Positions 39,295-49,379 of a stretch of DNA of 64,000 nt are shown here, in pieces (position 1 is the stretch's first letter; the number at the start of each line of letters is the position of its first letter). The notes below the pieces were generated by a model that had not been told where the DNA came from, searched no databases, and saw only the letters and a list, made by a program, of their open reading frames with translations. Made by a program: the position numbers and the translations under genes. The DNA comes from Planctomycetota bacterium (GTDB lineage: Bacteria > Planctomycetota > UBA8108 > SXIK01). The stretch covers positions 2,656,001 to 2,720,000 of the forward strand of contig OZ244999.1 in NCBI GenBank assembly GCA_965223265.1, in the 5' to 3' direction.

Positions 39295-39856
39295 TCTCGG
39301 AGCTTTGCGGATAGAACTTCGAGTGTGCTGGACGAAAAACTCTCAGGGCGCTATCGCCGCCATGATCGGCGGTGACATGGATGCTGAGCGGCGCAGTCTC
39401 AAGCCAAACGATCACGGGACGGTGCTGCAGCTGAGGTCTCTCCATGGCCCCGGGGAAGTAGAGCTCCGCCTGTGCGGTCACCTGATGCACGTGGAGCCTT
39501 CGAGTCGACTGCGAATGGAACACCGAGGCGAACGTCGGCGCGTCGCCGTAGCAAACCCCTCGCACGAGGAACGCTTTGAACCCGGGTGCCGCGAATTCGT
39601 TCGGCGCCAGGTGGAAAGCCTGGCGTCGTGGAATTTCAACCGAGTCGACGAACATGAGCAGCAACTCAGCGTCTGCCAATCTCGACTTGCGCACCCAGAA
39701 AAACCGCTTCGGGTCGATGGGAGACCAATCGGAGGCTTCTGGGCGCACCTCCGAAACGCTCAGCCAGCCGATCTCACGTTGGCTTGGTCCGGCGCACGAG
39801 GGCAGAAACAAGGACGACGTGAACACGAGGAAGAGCGAGGACTTCACAACCTTCAT
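39269..39856 (-). CDS. Putative lipoprotein
   Basis: MKVVKSSLFLVFTSSLFLPSC lipobox-like N-terminus. Confidence 0.55.
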   Translation of the reverse strand: MKVVKSSLFLVFTSSLFLPSCAGPSQREIGWLSVSEVRPEASDWSPIDPKRFFWVRKSRLADAELLLMFVDSVEIPRRQAFHLAPNEFAAPGFKAFLVRGVCYGDAPTFASVFHSQSTRRLHVHQVTAQAELYFPGAMERPQLQHRPVIVWLETAPLSIHVTADHGGDSALRVFRPAHSKFYPQSSESEQDHSEL

Positions 39857-40039
39857 GGCGTTGTACTTGGATGTGGATTCGAGACTTTGTTCGCGTCTCA
39901 CCCGCGATTCTTCGCTCGGGTGGCAATGTCCATGCTGGCTGCAACTTGAGATCTTATCATGAAGCCGTGAACGTTCGTTCGTCGGACTCTCCGAACTTTT
40001 TCGTTCAGTTCGTTGTACCTTTGGACAGAGATGAACGTG

Positions 40040-40274
40040 ATGACGAACGAAGGTGATCCAGTTCTTCAAGAGGCCCTCGCACTCTCACCCAGAAGAACGG
40101 ATCGAACTCATCGAGAAACTCACTTCCAGTCTTGACCCTGTTTCTCGCCAAAGAATCGATGATCTATGGGTCGAGGAGGCTGAAGATCGATTGTGCGCTT
40201 ACGATGAGGGAAAGATCAGGGCGATTCCAGGCGCCGGCGGCGCTCACTCCCCCGAGCGCCCGAGCACCACGTAG
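40040..40274 (+). pseudogene. Putative addiction-module antitoxin component, frameshifted and without a toxin
   Basis: MTNEGDPVLQEALALSP in one frame continues as EERIELIEKLTSSLD..IDDLWVEEAEDRL.AYDEGKIRAIPG after one extra base near 40091; the 3' end runs into the convergent gene. Confidence 0.75.
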
Positions 40275-42193
40275 CCGCGCGGTTCCGTCTCCCCACTCGG
40301 CGGCCACGGCACGTAGAGGCGCTCGCCGCGGAGCGTCATCGGCAGCGACGTGCGCTCGGGATGGTCGGCGCGGCGGCCGAACCAGTCGAGCCAGACGCGA
40401 GAGTCCTTGTGGCCCCAGCGGTGTGCGTCTTCGACGACGTCGCCGCTGCGCAGCGCGATGGCTGCTGAGCGATCGCGCTTGAACTCAATCATCGTGAGCG
40501 GCAGGTTCGCAGCGGCGTCACTCTTCGCAGAAGTGGCGATCTCCTGGCCCGGATCGTTCACCATCCCTAAGGCCTCCCAGCGTCCCATGACGCGCACCGC
40601 CTGGCGCCAGTAAGCATCAGGGCCAAAGCGTTGGCGCGCTCCGGCCGCTGGTCCGTCCTGCATCGCCATGCTGAGCACCGAGATCAGTACTAGGACGACT
40701 GGTACGGACGACCACACGAGAGCGTAGCCGCGGCCGACGCGCCATCGCTGGTCGGCGCGTGTCACCTCTTCCGTCGACGGCCCCGGCACATTCGCCTGCG
40801 CTGCCGCATGCTGATGCCACAGCAGCATGAAGGTGACCGCACCGGCAAGGACAAAGAACGTCGCGTCGACGAGAGGGAAGTTCTGCACGCGCGCTCCCGG
40901 AAGGTGCTGCAAGAGTCCACCGACGGCGACGACCCACAGGAGAAGGATCAACGCCACCGTGCCCTTAGCGTAGGCGCCGCTTGGCAAGAGGGTGAGCGTG
41001 CCGCGCCAGTACTGGGCCAGAATGTAGAGTGCGAGTGCGGTGAGCAGCAGGCCGCCAGCTGTGAACCAGACCCACGGCATGAGTCCAGCGACCGGCTGGT
41101 TGGGCACCGCGTCGTAGCGGTGCAGCCACGCTATCGGCGCCCGGCGCAGGTTCATCCACATGAGGGCGATGAGAACGACGAAGGCGGCGAAGACATCGAG
41201 ACGCCGCCGCGGCGTGTCCTCGGGCGCCGCTGCCAGTCCGCCGTGCGCAAGTCGCACGACGCCGAGCGCGATCGCGACGCCCATGAAGAGTCCGAAGCTC
41301 TCTTCGGCGATCTTCCAGTGCATCCTTCCTCCCCAGGCTTCGAAAGGACCCCAAAGAACGCGCACCGGGTGGCGCACGAACACGGCGACAGCGAAGGCAA
41401 GCCCGCCACCGACGACGCCGTAGAGACACAGCATGAGCGCAGCTCGATTCCCATGCCGTTTCAAGTAGAGCGCGACGGCAACGAGAATGCCGAGGACACC
41501 GCCCCAGCCTTCGTTGCGGTAGGGGGGAGCCAAGTTGAGGCCACCGAACTTGGTCAGGCCGAGGTAGCCGATCCACCAAAAGAGTGCGCACGAAAAGAAG
41601 AGTCCGGCTTCGGCGCGCTCTCGTGGTCTCAGTAGCATGTGAAGTCCCGCAACGACGGCCACCGTGATGGTGGGAAACCAGTCGGCGTCGTGAAAGTGCT
41701 GCGCGGTGAGACGGTCGTATCGGTCATGCACCTCGGGGAAGAAGAAAAAGACGCCGTAGGTGGCAAGAAAGACGCCCGAGATGGCGACAAACGGCGGTAC
41801 GAAACGTTCGAGGTGCGAGCGCGGAAGCGTCAGCGCCAGGCCGAGCACACCGCCACCGATGCCTGCCCAGATGCCGCCAAGAAGAAACAGACATGAATAA
41901 CCGTAGACGACGTCGAGGAACGAGTCGGTCACCGTATAGAACGTCTGTTCCATGTAGCTGAACGAACCACCCCATGCCCAGCCCACGGCACCGAAGAGCC
42001 CAGCGACGAGCGAGCGGCGGTGCCAGTCGGAGCGCATCGAGCCGAGACAGACGGCGAGCCCTAGCATCGCGCCTGGCACCATCGCACCGCCTTCGTGCCC
42101 GACGATACCGCGATAGCCCCAGCCATACGCCATGACGAGCCCGGCGAGGGTGCAGAGAAAGAAGGTGCTGGTCGATGGTTTGTTGTCAGTCAT
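40244..42193 (-). CDS. Polytopic membrane protein of unknown function
   Basis: 649 aa with more than 12 hydrophobic segments; N-terminal GWGYRGIVGHEGGAM and GGSFSYM motifs. Confidence 0.8.
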   Translation of the reverse strand: MTDNKPSTSTFFLCTLAGLVMAYGWGYRGIVGHEGGAMVPGAMLGLAVCLGSMRSDWHRRSLVAGLFGAVGWAWGGSFSYMEQTFYTVTDSFLDVVYGYSCLFLLGGIWAGIGGGVLGLALTLPRSHLERFVPPFVAISGVFLATYGVFFFFPEVHDRYDRLTAQHFHDADWFPTITVAVVAGLHMLLRPRERAEAGLFFSCALFWWIGYLGLTKFGGLNLAPPYRNEGWGGVLGILVAVALYLKRHGNRAALMLCLYGVVGGGLAFAVAVFVRHPVRVLWGPFEAWGGRMHWKIAEESFGLFMGVAIALGVVRLAHGGLAAAPEDTPRRRLDVFAAFVVLIALMWMNLRRAPIAWLHRYDAVPNQPVAGLMPWVWFTAGGLLLTALALYILAQYWRGTLTLLPSGAYAKGTVALILLLWVVAVGGLLQHLPGARVQNFPLVDATFFVLAGAVTFMLLWHQHAAAQANVPGPSTEEVTRADQRWRVGRGYALVWSSVPVVLVLISVLSMAMQDGPAAGARQRFGPDAYWRQAVRVMGRWEALGMVNDPGQEIATSAKSDAAANLPLTMIEFKRDRSAAIALRSGDVVEDAHRWGHKDSRVWLDWFGRRADHPERTSLPMTLRGERLYVPWPPSGETEPRGYVVLGRSGE

Positions 42194-42377
42194 CCGTTCT
42201 CACCCGATGTCAGTGCTTGCACTCGCGGAATCTGTTGGCCGTGGTTTTTGCTTCCACAAAACATGCCGCGCGGTCGAAGACACCGTGGGATCTTATATGA
42301 GTCACGATTTCCACCGCAGTGATCGAGTCCCAAACCACGTGTGCTGGCCGCAAACGAGTAGACCCCCCGCCGAGCGC

Positions 42378-42722
42378 TCAACCGGGCATCGTCGTGTTTC
42401 CCTGCTGGGCGGAGCGGCTCCGCGCGTCGGCCGCGGCCTTCTCGAGCAGCAAGGAATCGGTGCTACCGCGAGTGGTCGCCAGACTCGAGACTCCATAGCC
42501 AAAGCCCGACATGCTGTTGAACCAGATCTCTTGGCCGGTGTGTGGGTCGAGGCAGTACTGATATCCGTTCACCGCTACGAAGAGCTGATCGCCGTCGAGG
42601 AGTAGCGAGACGTATCCGGATCCGGACGGCGCCTTCCAATCCCAGACGATTCTGCCATCGCGTCGCTCCAGCGCGGCGACGCGCGAGTTGAATCCTACGA
42701 AGACGAGCTCGTCGGTTTTCAT
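42378..42722 (-). CDS. Small PQQ-like beta-propeller repeat protein
   Basis: GAGGTG RBS; repeats VAALERRDGRIVW and YCLDPHTGQEIW. Confidence 0.8.
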   Translation of the reverse strand: MKTDELVFVGFNSRVAALERRDGRIVWDWKAPSGSGYVSLLLDGDQLFVAVNGYQYCLDPHTGQEIWFNSMSGFGYGVSSLATTRGSTDSLLLEKAAADARSRSAQQGNTTMPG

Positions 42723-42985
42723 GTCTCACCTCATGCTTTTGCGGTCGCTCCTGTCCGGAAAGTAGCAGGCACACGCCGTGTGCCGTCCGTCGCCAGTTTG
42801 GGAAATAGCTGCGGTCAAAGGAAACCGTGAGCTGCAGTCGTCACCACACGGCTACAATGGTCTCGCATCGCACCGATCGGCGTCGCATGAATCGAGCCGT
42901 GCGAGACGAACGGCCGCGCTGCACCCGCGAGACGATCGGGCTCATCTCAACACACACGACAACACAGGACGCGAGTCGACATCCA

Positions 42986-45652
42986 ATGAATAACCCCTTG
43001 CAGACCACGCGAACGCCGCCGCGGCGGCGTTTGTTGAAGACGGGATTCCCTCTGGTTTTGCTAACGCTTGGCGTGCTCCTACTCGACGCGTCGGCCTCGG
43101 AGTTGCATGCATCCGAGATCGATTTTGCACTTCCTTGGCAGCGGCTGACCGTTGTTGGCAGCGACGAGCCCACGGCTGTTGAGCAGCGATACCTCGAGCT
43201 CTTGACCGACCGGCTTCGCAGGATCGATGGCGTTGAGGTTGAAGCGGTGCAAGACCTCAGCACCGACGTCCGCCGCGACGGCCTCGTTCTTCTCGTCGGA
43301 CGCCCGTCGAATCACGCCGCACTGGCTCACAAGCTTTCCGCATGGCGTGTGCCCAAGCCGACCGAGAAGAACCCGGGTCCGGAGGGTTTCGTTCTTCGTT
43401 CGCAGCCTCTGGAGGGTGGGGGAGTGACGGTGCTCGCGGCCGGAGTCGATGAGAGGGGCGTCCTCTACGCGATCGGCGAGTTCCTCAGGCAGATCGAAGA
43501 GCGTGGCGATGGTGTGGTCTTTCCGTCGCAGCTCGACATTCGTACCGCTCCCGCCTTCGAGATCCGCGGCACCGAACCGCGGCAGGGACACACCGTGCGC
43601 GAGCTCACGGGCACGCGCGACTGGACTGAAGAAGAGCGCCAGGACTATCTGCTCGATTACGCTCTCGCCGGTGCCAACACCTTCGCGTACGAGTACGAGC
43701 TGCCGGCCCGCTATGGCCTCAAGTCGCTGGTTGGCCACTGTCCGAACGTCGGCAGCGGCCCCGAAGAGTGGCAGGCAATGGAGGCGATCGGGCGTACCGG
43801 TTACCTCTGCCCGTCGGTGCCGGAGGCGCGGGAACATCTTCTCAAAAGCTGCGAAAATCGTTTCAAGAACGCGCCGCCGTGGGACTACGTGCGCATGAAC
43901 TCCGGCGACGGCGGCGGCTGTGAGTGCGACCGCTGCGCGCCGTACGGCGGGACGTACATTCGCCTCGCTGCCGACATGGCGCAGATCATCCACAAGTATC
44001 TGCCGAACGCCAAAATTTTCTGCACCAACCAGAAGCTCGACAACGCCGGCGAGGAGGCGATTTTCAACTACCTGAATGAGAAACCGCGGCCTTGGCTCGC
44101 TGCGATCTGCTACGCGCCGGGGTCAAACGCCATGAGCTTCCAGCCGGGGCGACGGCAAGACCATCGCATGGATCTCTTTCGCTACCCGGCTTTCGGCGAA
44201 TACGACCGCTATTTGCGCGAGATGCTGCACCGCTTGCCGCGCCAACAGGACATCGTCTTCTTCACGGGTCTGACGCATTGGATCTATTCGGAGTACGGTC
44301 TCGTGACCGGGCCGTTTCCGCCCGATCGCAACTACGAGACGCCACCCCACTGGAGCCGACACATCTACAACAAGAGGCCCGATGCCGCACTTGTGCGCGT
44401 CTACAACCGCCGCACGTTCCACGTGCGGCCGCGGGCCTACTATCGCGCCTTCCAGGAAACCATGCGCTACTCGATCGGCGACGTGACCTATTCAGAGGGA
44501 CAACACGACCACTTCAATCAGTGGATGTGGCAGCGCCTTTTGTGGAACCCGCACCAAAGCGTCGAGGAGGTCGTCTCGGAGTACGCGCGCACATGGTTTG
44601 GCCGCGACGCTGCGCAGGCGATGGCGAAAGCGATCTTTCAGCTTGAGAAGAACTACTCGACACCACTGGCCACGAACGAGGGGATCGATCGTCTGATTCT
44701 CCTTGTCACCGAGGCGGGCCTGGCGATGCCGCCGCATCTCAAGGCGAAGAACGTCTTGTGGCGCCAGTACATGGAGAAGGCACTCCTCGACAAGTACGTG
44801 CAGCTGCGCCTGCGGCGGCAGCTAGCGCTCGAAGCTGACGTGATGGAGGTCCTCAGCGCAGCAGATCGCGGCGAGCGAGATGCGGAGGCGGCACTTGCGA
44901 TCGCGGCGGAGCGTTTTGCCGCCGCCATCGAGAGTGCCGAGATGAAACGACTGCGCGCTGAGGCCGATCGGCTCGGATCTGAGACCGATCGGCTGCTTGG
45001 CGTGCGCAGCGATGGCGCGTTCAATCTCGAGCAGGACCTTGTCGGGCTTGGTTGGCTCCGTCAGCAGGTGTCGGTAGCGCACAAGCTCGACTCGGGCGAC
45101 GAACGTCGCCGGGCGATCGCCGCCATCGTTCACTACGAGGACCCGGGTGAGGGTGGTTTCTATGACAATCCCGGAGTGCCCGGTGGCGCGCCCCGACTTG
45201 TCTACGGCTTTCCGCGGCGTTTTCGTGCCGGGACGTTTCGGGCATCGCAATCGTCCTTTGCCTACACGACCGACGAGCAGCGCGGCGTCACCTTTGCCTA
45301 CGACGGTCTCGATCGCGAATCCTCCTATCGCATCCGCTTCACGCTGGCGCGCTGGGAGCGTCCGAATCGGCCAGGGAGAAGGCCGCGCCCGAAGTTTCAG
45401 AAGACGCAGTCGATCTACGCCGACGGGCACGCACTAGCGCAAGACCTCGAGTTGCCGGCGAACGACCCGTCATTCTTCGAGTTCGACATCCCTGCCGATC
45501 TGACGCGCGACGGCCAGCTCGAGGTGTGGTTCGAAAAGGAGAAGGGCGTCGGCGAGGGAACGCAAGCCGAGAAGACGATCTGGCGTGTGGCAGGCGGCTG
45601 GGGTACGCTGTGCAGTGAGGTGTGGTTGATGAAGCGGCCGAGCGGGTCGTGA
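42986..45652 (+). CDS. Large secreted hypothetical protein with GH67/GH20-like N-terminal domain; paralog of 3..1484
   Basis: Signal-like segment; GPEGFVL..AAGVDERGVLYAIGEFLR..PAFEIRG N-terminal motif; GDGGGCECDRC; C-terminal region homologous to 3..1484. Confidence 0.82.
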   Translation: MNNPLQTTRTPPRRRLLKTGFPLVLLTLGVLLLDASASELHASEIDFALPWQRLTVVGSDEPTAVEQRYLELLTDRLRRIDGVEVEAVQDLSTDVRRDGLVLLVGRPSNHAALAHKLSAWRVPKPTEKNPGPEGFVLRSQPLEGGGVTVLAAGVDERGVLYAIGEFLRQIEERGDGVVFPSQLDIRTAPAFEIRGTEPRQGHTVRELTGTRDWTEEERQDYLLDYALAGANTFAYEYELPARYGLKSLVGHCPNVGSGPEEWQAMEAIGRTGYLCPSVPEAREHLLKSCENRFKNAPPWDYVRMNSGDGGGCECDRCAPYGGTYIRLAADMAQIIHKYLPNAKIFCTNQKLDNAGEEAIFNYLNEKPRPWLAAICYAPGSNAMSFQPGRRQDHRMDLFRYPAFGEYDRYLREMLHRLPRQQDIVFFTGLTHWIYSEYGLVTGPFPPDRNYETPPHWSRHIYNKRPDAALVRVYNRRTFHVRPRAYYRAFQETMRYSIGDVTYSEGQHDHFNQWMWQRLLWNPHQSVEEVVSEYARTWFGRDAAQAMAKAIFQLEKNYSTPLATNEGIDRLILLVTEAGLAMPPHLKAKNVLWRQYMEKALLDKYVQLRLRRQLALEADVMEVLSAADRGERDAEAALAIAAERFAAAIESAEMKRLRAEADRLGSETDRLLGVRSDGAFNLEQDLVGLGWLRQQVSVAHKLDSGDERRRAIAAIVHYEDPGEGGFYDNPGVPGGAPRLVYGFPRRFRAGTFRASQSSFAYTTDEQRGVTFAYDGLDRESSYRIRFTLARWERPNRPGRRPRPKFQKTQSIYADGHALAQDLELPANDPSFFEFDIPADLTRDGQLEVWFEKEKGVGEGTQAEKTIWRVAGGWGTLCSEVWLMKRPSGS

Positions 45653-45948
45653 CGTGGCAGTTTTTGTTGCGGCTTCAAATCTGCGTGGGTGAAACGTCGA
45701 ATGTTGCCCGTAGACGATGTTGCCCTGGCCGCAGGCATTCAATCACGCCGCTACAAGCTGCTGCCGTGGGTCGTCGGTGCGATGGAGAAGAGGTTGATTT
45801 CTGTCGCGCGGGAACGCGAGTACGGCGTCGTTTCGAGCCCGCGCTCGGTCGGTTGGCGCGGCACTCTTCGCATCTTCCGTCGGATGCTCGCTCCGAGCGA
45901 CACGGTCCCGGAACGAGTGTGACGTTGCCATAACTGAAGGATCATCGA

Positions 45949-46683
45949 ATGGAATCCCCGTACTCTCCCCCTTCCGAAGATCACCTCCGGCGCGGTCAAC
46001 AGTACGACTTTGTTCCGGCGAACACGCGTGGGTTGGTGACCTTCCTTTTCATCGGTTTGATCGTCGGAACAGCCATTACCCTGCTCGATGTCATGTGCGC
46101 GCTGACGATCCCAACGTGGAACGATCCCAATGCAGCACCGAGTAGTGACTTCGAGGTCACGGCGATCAATCTCGCGCTGGCGGGTGGTTTACTCTACATT
46201 GTTGTCTTCGTGGTCACCATTGTGCTTTTTTGCATTTGGATCCACCGAGCGAATCGTAACGCCCGAGCACTCGGTGCCCAGGGCATGGCGTTCACCCCGG
46301 GTTGGTGCGTCGGCTGGTGGTTCGTGCCTTTTCTCAACTTGTTCAAGCCGTACCAGGCGGTGAAGGAACTGTACCTCGCCAGTGATTCGAAGGGAGGTCC
46401 CGAGGGATGGCAAGCCGCTGCGGCGCCCCGGGTTTTTGCCCTCTGGTGGAGCACATGGATCATCGCGAATCTTGCTAGCAACGCCGAGCTCCGCCTTGGC
46501 ATTCGGGATGATCCGCAGCTTGTCGAGGCCAGCTCCTGGTTTGGCGCCGTTGGAACGGTGTTCTCCATTCCGTCCTGCTTCGCCGTCGTCTGGATCATCA
46601 AAGCCATTGAGCGAAGGCAGCTGGTCACAGCTGGCTGGGACGACATCGATGCTGCCACGGACGGAATCTCCGCGGTGGACTAA
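45949..46683 (+). CDS. DUF4328 domain membrane protein
   Basis: WIHRANRNA..TPGWCVGWWFVPFLNLFKPYQAVKEL motif; 4 TM helices; N-terminal SPYSPP. Confidence 0.88.
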   Translation: MESPYSPPSEDHLRRGQQYDFVPANTRGLVTFLFIGLIVGTAITLLDVMCALTIPTWNDPNAAPSSDFEVTAINLALAGGLLYIVVFVVTIVLFCIWIHRANRNARALGAQGMAFTPGWCVGWWFVPFLNLFKPYQAVKELYLASDSKGGPEGWQAAAAPRVFALWWSTWIIANLASNAELRLGIRDDPQLVEASSWFGAVGTVFSIPSCFAVVWIIKAIERRQLVTAGWDDIDAATDGISAVD

Positions 46684-46903
46684 CTTCCGAGAGGGAGGTC
46701 ATGAAAGCGTTCACACGTTTGTCCCTTTCGTGCGGCGAAACTGCCGAGTCGATACAACTCCGGACTCACTCGACTGCGAGTCATATCCGCTCTGCGAGTA
46801 GGATGTGTGGGGGTGACGACATCGTCATTCGGCGGAGCTTCTTCGCACGGCTCTTCGAGTGGCTCAACGGTTTTTCCGAAGCGTTACCTGATCCGCGTGA
46901 ACT

Positions 46904-49336
46904 ATGAGACGACCAAGCTTGGAATTGACCTCGGTGCAGCGATCGCTTGTTGCCGCTTTTTTCGCTTCGGTCTGTGCCGCAAGTACGTACGGCGATGCAT
47001 CGGACCCGCCGTCTCTGAAGATCGTGACCCTCGGCGATTCGATCACCAAGGGTGTTCGCACGGGTGTTCGCGCGGAGGAGACCTTTGCAGCGCTCGTCGA
47101 GACCGGCTTGCGGCAGCGCGGGGTCGCCGTTGAGGTGGTGAACGCCGGCATCGGCGGTGAGCGCACCGACCAAGCACTCGCACGGCTCGAGAACGTCATC
47201 GAGCTTGCGCCCAGCTACGTCACCGTCATGTATGGGACGAACGACAGCTATGTCGACCGTGGAGGCGAGGCGAGTCGGCTCTCAGTCAGCGTGTATCGTG
47301 ACAACTTGCGCGAGATCGTCCGGAGGTTGCTTCTTGCCGGCGCTGAGCCGGTTCTCATGACCTCACCACGCTGGGCACCTGGAGCTCGCAACGGCATCGG
47401 CGAAGACCCGAACGACAGGCTTGTAGAGTATGTGGAGGCTTGTCGTCAGGTGGCGCGAGAACTTGACGTTGCGCTGGTCGATCACTTCGCTGCTTGGACG
47501 AGTGCGGAGGCCCAAGGTGAAAAACTGATCGACTGGACGACCGACCGCTGCCATCCCAACCGGCTCGGTCACGTTCAGCTCGCCGAGAGCATCTTGGCGG
47601 TGCTGAACGAGAGACTGACTCAAGCGGCCGAGGCCGTTCCGTTTCGCGTCAACCTGGAGACGATTCTCGAGCACGACGATGGGAAGTTTCTCTGGTTTCA
47701 TCCACGAGTGACCGCCATGCCGAGGCGAGAAGACGAACTCTCACCGACGGTGCTCATGACGATTCAGAAACACCTGCGCACATCCGATCACTACTCCGGA
47801 CTGAGCGATTTGTACACGCTCGACCTTGGCGCGACGTGGAGCGCACCGCGTGCACGTCCCGAGCTCGACTGGACGCCGGGAGGCGAAGGCGTCGACGTGG
47901 CGGTCGCTGACGTGACGCCGGGCTGGCACGCTACCAGCGGCTGCGTGATCGCCATCGGCGCGCAGGTGCGCTACAGCCGTGATGGCCGACAGCTCGAGGA
48001 TCAGCCGCGCGCGCATCAGACGGCGTACGCGATCTTCGATCCGCGACATGACCGTTGGACGCGTTGGCGCCGCCTCGACATGCCCACTGCTGCCGAGTTC
48101 AACTTTGCTCGCAGCGCCTGTGCGCAGTTTGTCGTGGAGCCGGACGGGACGCTGCTCCTGCCGTTTTACATCGCCACGTCAGCCGCCGTACCCTACTCAA
48201 CGACGGTGGTTCAGTGCGCCTTCGACGGCGAAGAGATCACCTATCGCGAACACGGCGATGTGCTTGAGCTCAGCGACGGGCGTGGCCTCTACGAGCCTTC
48301 GCTCGTGCGGTTTCAGAAACGCTACTATCTAACGATCCGCGGCGACAGCGGTGCTTACGTGACTGCGGGCGAGGACGGGCTTCACTACCGGCCGGTCAAG
48401 GCGTGGCGATTCGACGACGGCACCGAGCTTGGCAGCTACAACACGCAGCAACATTGGCTAACAACCGCGAACGGTCTCTTTTTGGTCTACACACGACGCG
48501 GCGCCGAGAACGATCACATAATGCGCCATCGCGCACCCCTCTTCATGGCGCAGGTGGACCCAGATCGACTTCACGTGCTCCGCGGCACGGAGAAGGTTCT
48601 CGTTCCCGAGCGCGGCGCAACGCTTGGCAACTTTGGTGCTGCACCGATCAATAGGCACGAGTCCTGGGTGACCGTCGCCGAGGGCGTGTGGAACGACGAT
48701 GCCCGGCGACGCGGCGCAACCGGCGCCGTTTTCCTTGCGCGCGTCGAGTGGTCGAGCGCGGTCGCGCACACGTTCGACGCGGGCCATGAGGGGTGGAAGG
48801 TCTACGACTATGAGGCGGCTGCGGCGCGGCGCGATGGCTTTCCCGCCGTTACCTGGGAGCACAGCGACGGCGTCGCCGATTCAGGTCACGTTTCTGCGGA
48901 CGATGCACGCTGGACGATCGACACCCCAGAGCGGCCGCACTCCATTCTGCCCTTCATCATCTATCGGCAGTGGACGAAGCGCGGTGGGCTCGACCTCCGC
49001 GGCGCGACGCTGTCTGTGTACTTGCGCGGTGACGACCTCGATCTCAAGGGTGGAACGTGCCTCTTCTGGGTCCTGAACCACAAGAGCGGCACACGGTGGC
49101 ACTACGCGGCGAATCCTTTGACCATCTTTCGCGGCGGCTGGGGGCCGAAACAGCAGCTGGAGCTTGCGAACGACGCGTCGCTCTGGAACATGAGTTGGTC
49201 GCGCGATCCGAAGAACCCTGCGAGCCTTGACGCGGTCCTCAGCGATGCTGACAGCTACGGATTCTCGTTCGTCGGATTCTTGAGCGAAGTGACGGGCACA
49301 ATCCGCATGGATGAACTTGCCATCGAGGGACGCTGA
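46904..49336 (+). CDS. Secreted SGNH/GDSL esterase fused to a sialidase/BNR-like propeller and a C-terminal domain
   Basis: SGNH blocks GDSIT, NAGIGG, YGTND, DRCHPN; TLDLGATWS Asp-box, RGLYEPS, LGSYNTQQHW, RHRAPL, LGNFG. Confidence 0.85.
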   Translation: MRRPSLELTSVQRSLVAAFFASVCAASTYGDASDPPSLKIVTLGDSITKGVRTGVRAEETFAALVETGLRQRGVAVEVVNAGIGGERTDQALARLENVIELAPSYVTVMYGTNDSYVDRGGEASRLSVSVYRDNLREIVRRLLLAGAEPVLMTSPRWAPGARNGIGEDPNDRLVEYVEACRQVARELDVALVDHFAAWTSAEAQGEKLIDWTTDRCHPNRLGHVQLAESILAVLNERLTQAAEAVPFRVNLETILEHDDGKFLWFHPRVTAMPRREDELSPTVLMTIQKHLRTSDHYSGLSDLYTLDLGATWSAPRARPELDWTPGGEGVDVAVADVTPGWHATSGCVIAIGAQVRYSRDGRQLEDQPRAHQTAYAIFDPRHDRWTRWRRLDMPTAAEFNFARSACAQFVVEPDGTLLLPFYIATSAAVPYSTTVVQCAFDGEEITYREHGDVLELSDGRGLYEPSLVRFQKRYYLTIRGDSGAYVTAGEDGLHYRPVKAWRFDDGTELGSYNTQQHWLTTANGLFLVYTRRGAENDHIMRHRAPLFMAQVDPDRLHVLRGTEKVLVPERGATLGNFGAAPINRHESWVTVAEGVWNDDARRRGATGAVFLARVEWSSAVAHTFDAGHEGWKVYDYEAAAARRDGFPAVTWEHSDGVADSGHVSADDARWTIDTPERPHSILPFIIYRQWTKRGGLDLRGATLSVYLRGDDLDLKGGTCLFWVLNHKSGTRWHYAANPLTIFRGGWGPKQQLELANDASLWNMSWSRDPKNPASLDAVLSDADSYGFSFVGFLSEVTGTIRMDELAIEGR

Positions 49337-49379
49337 GCGTCCTTCCAACCCATGCGATAGACGAGGAAAGATCGACGGT

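Noticed and set aside
45689-45922. 77-aa ORF between the glycosidase-like gene and DUF4328
   Set aside because: No clear RBS or domain; cannot be supported.
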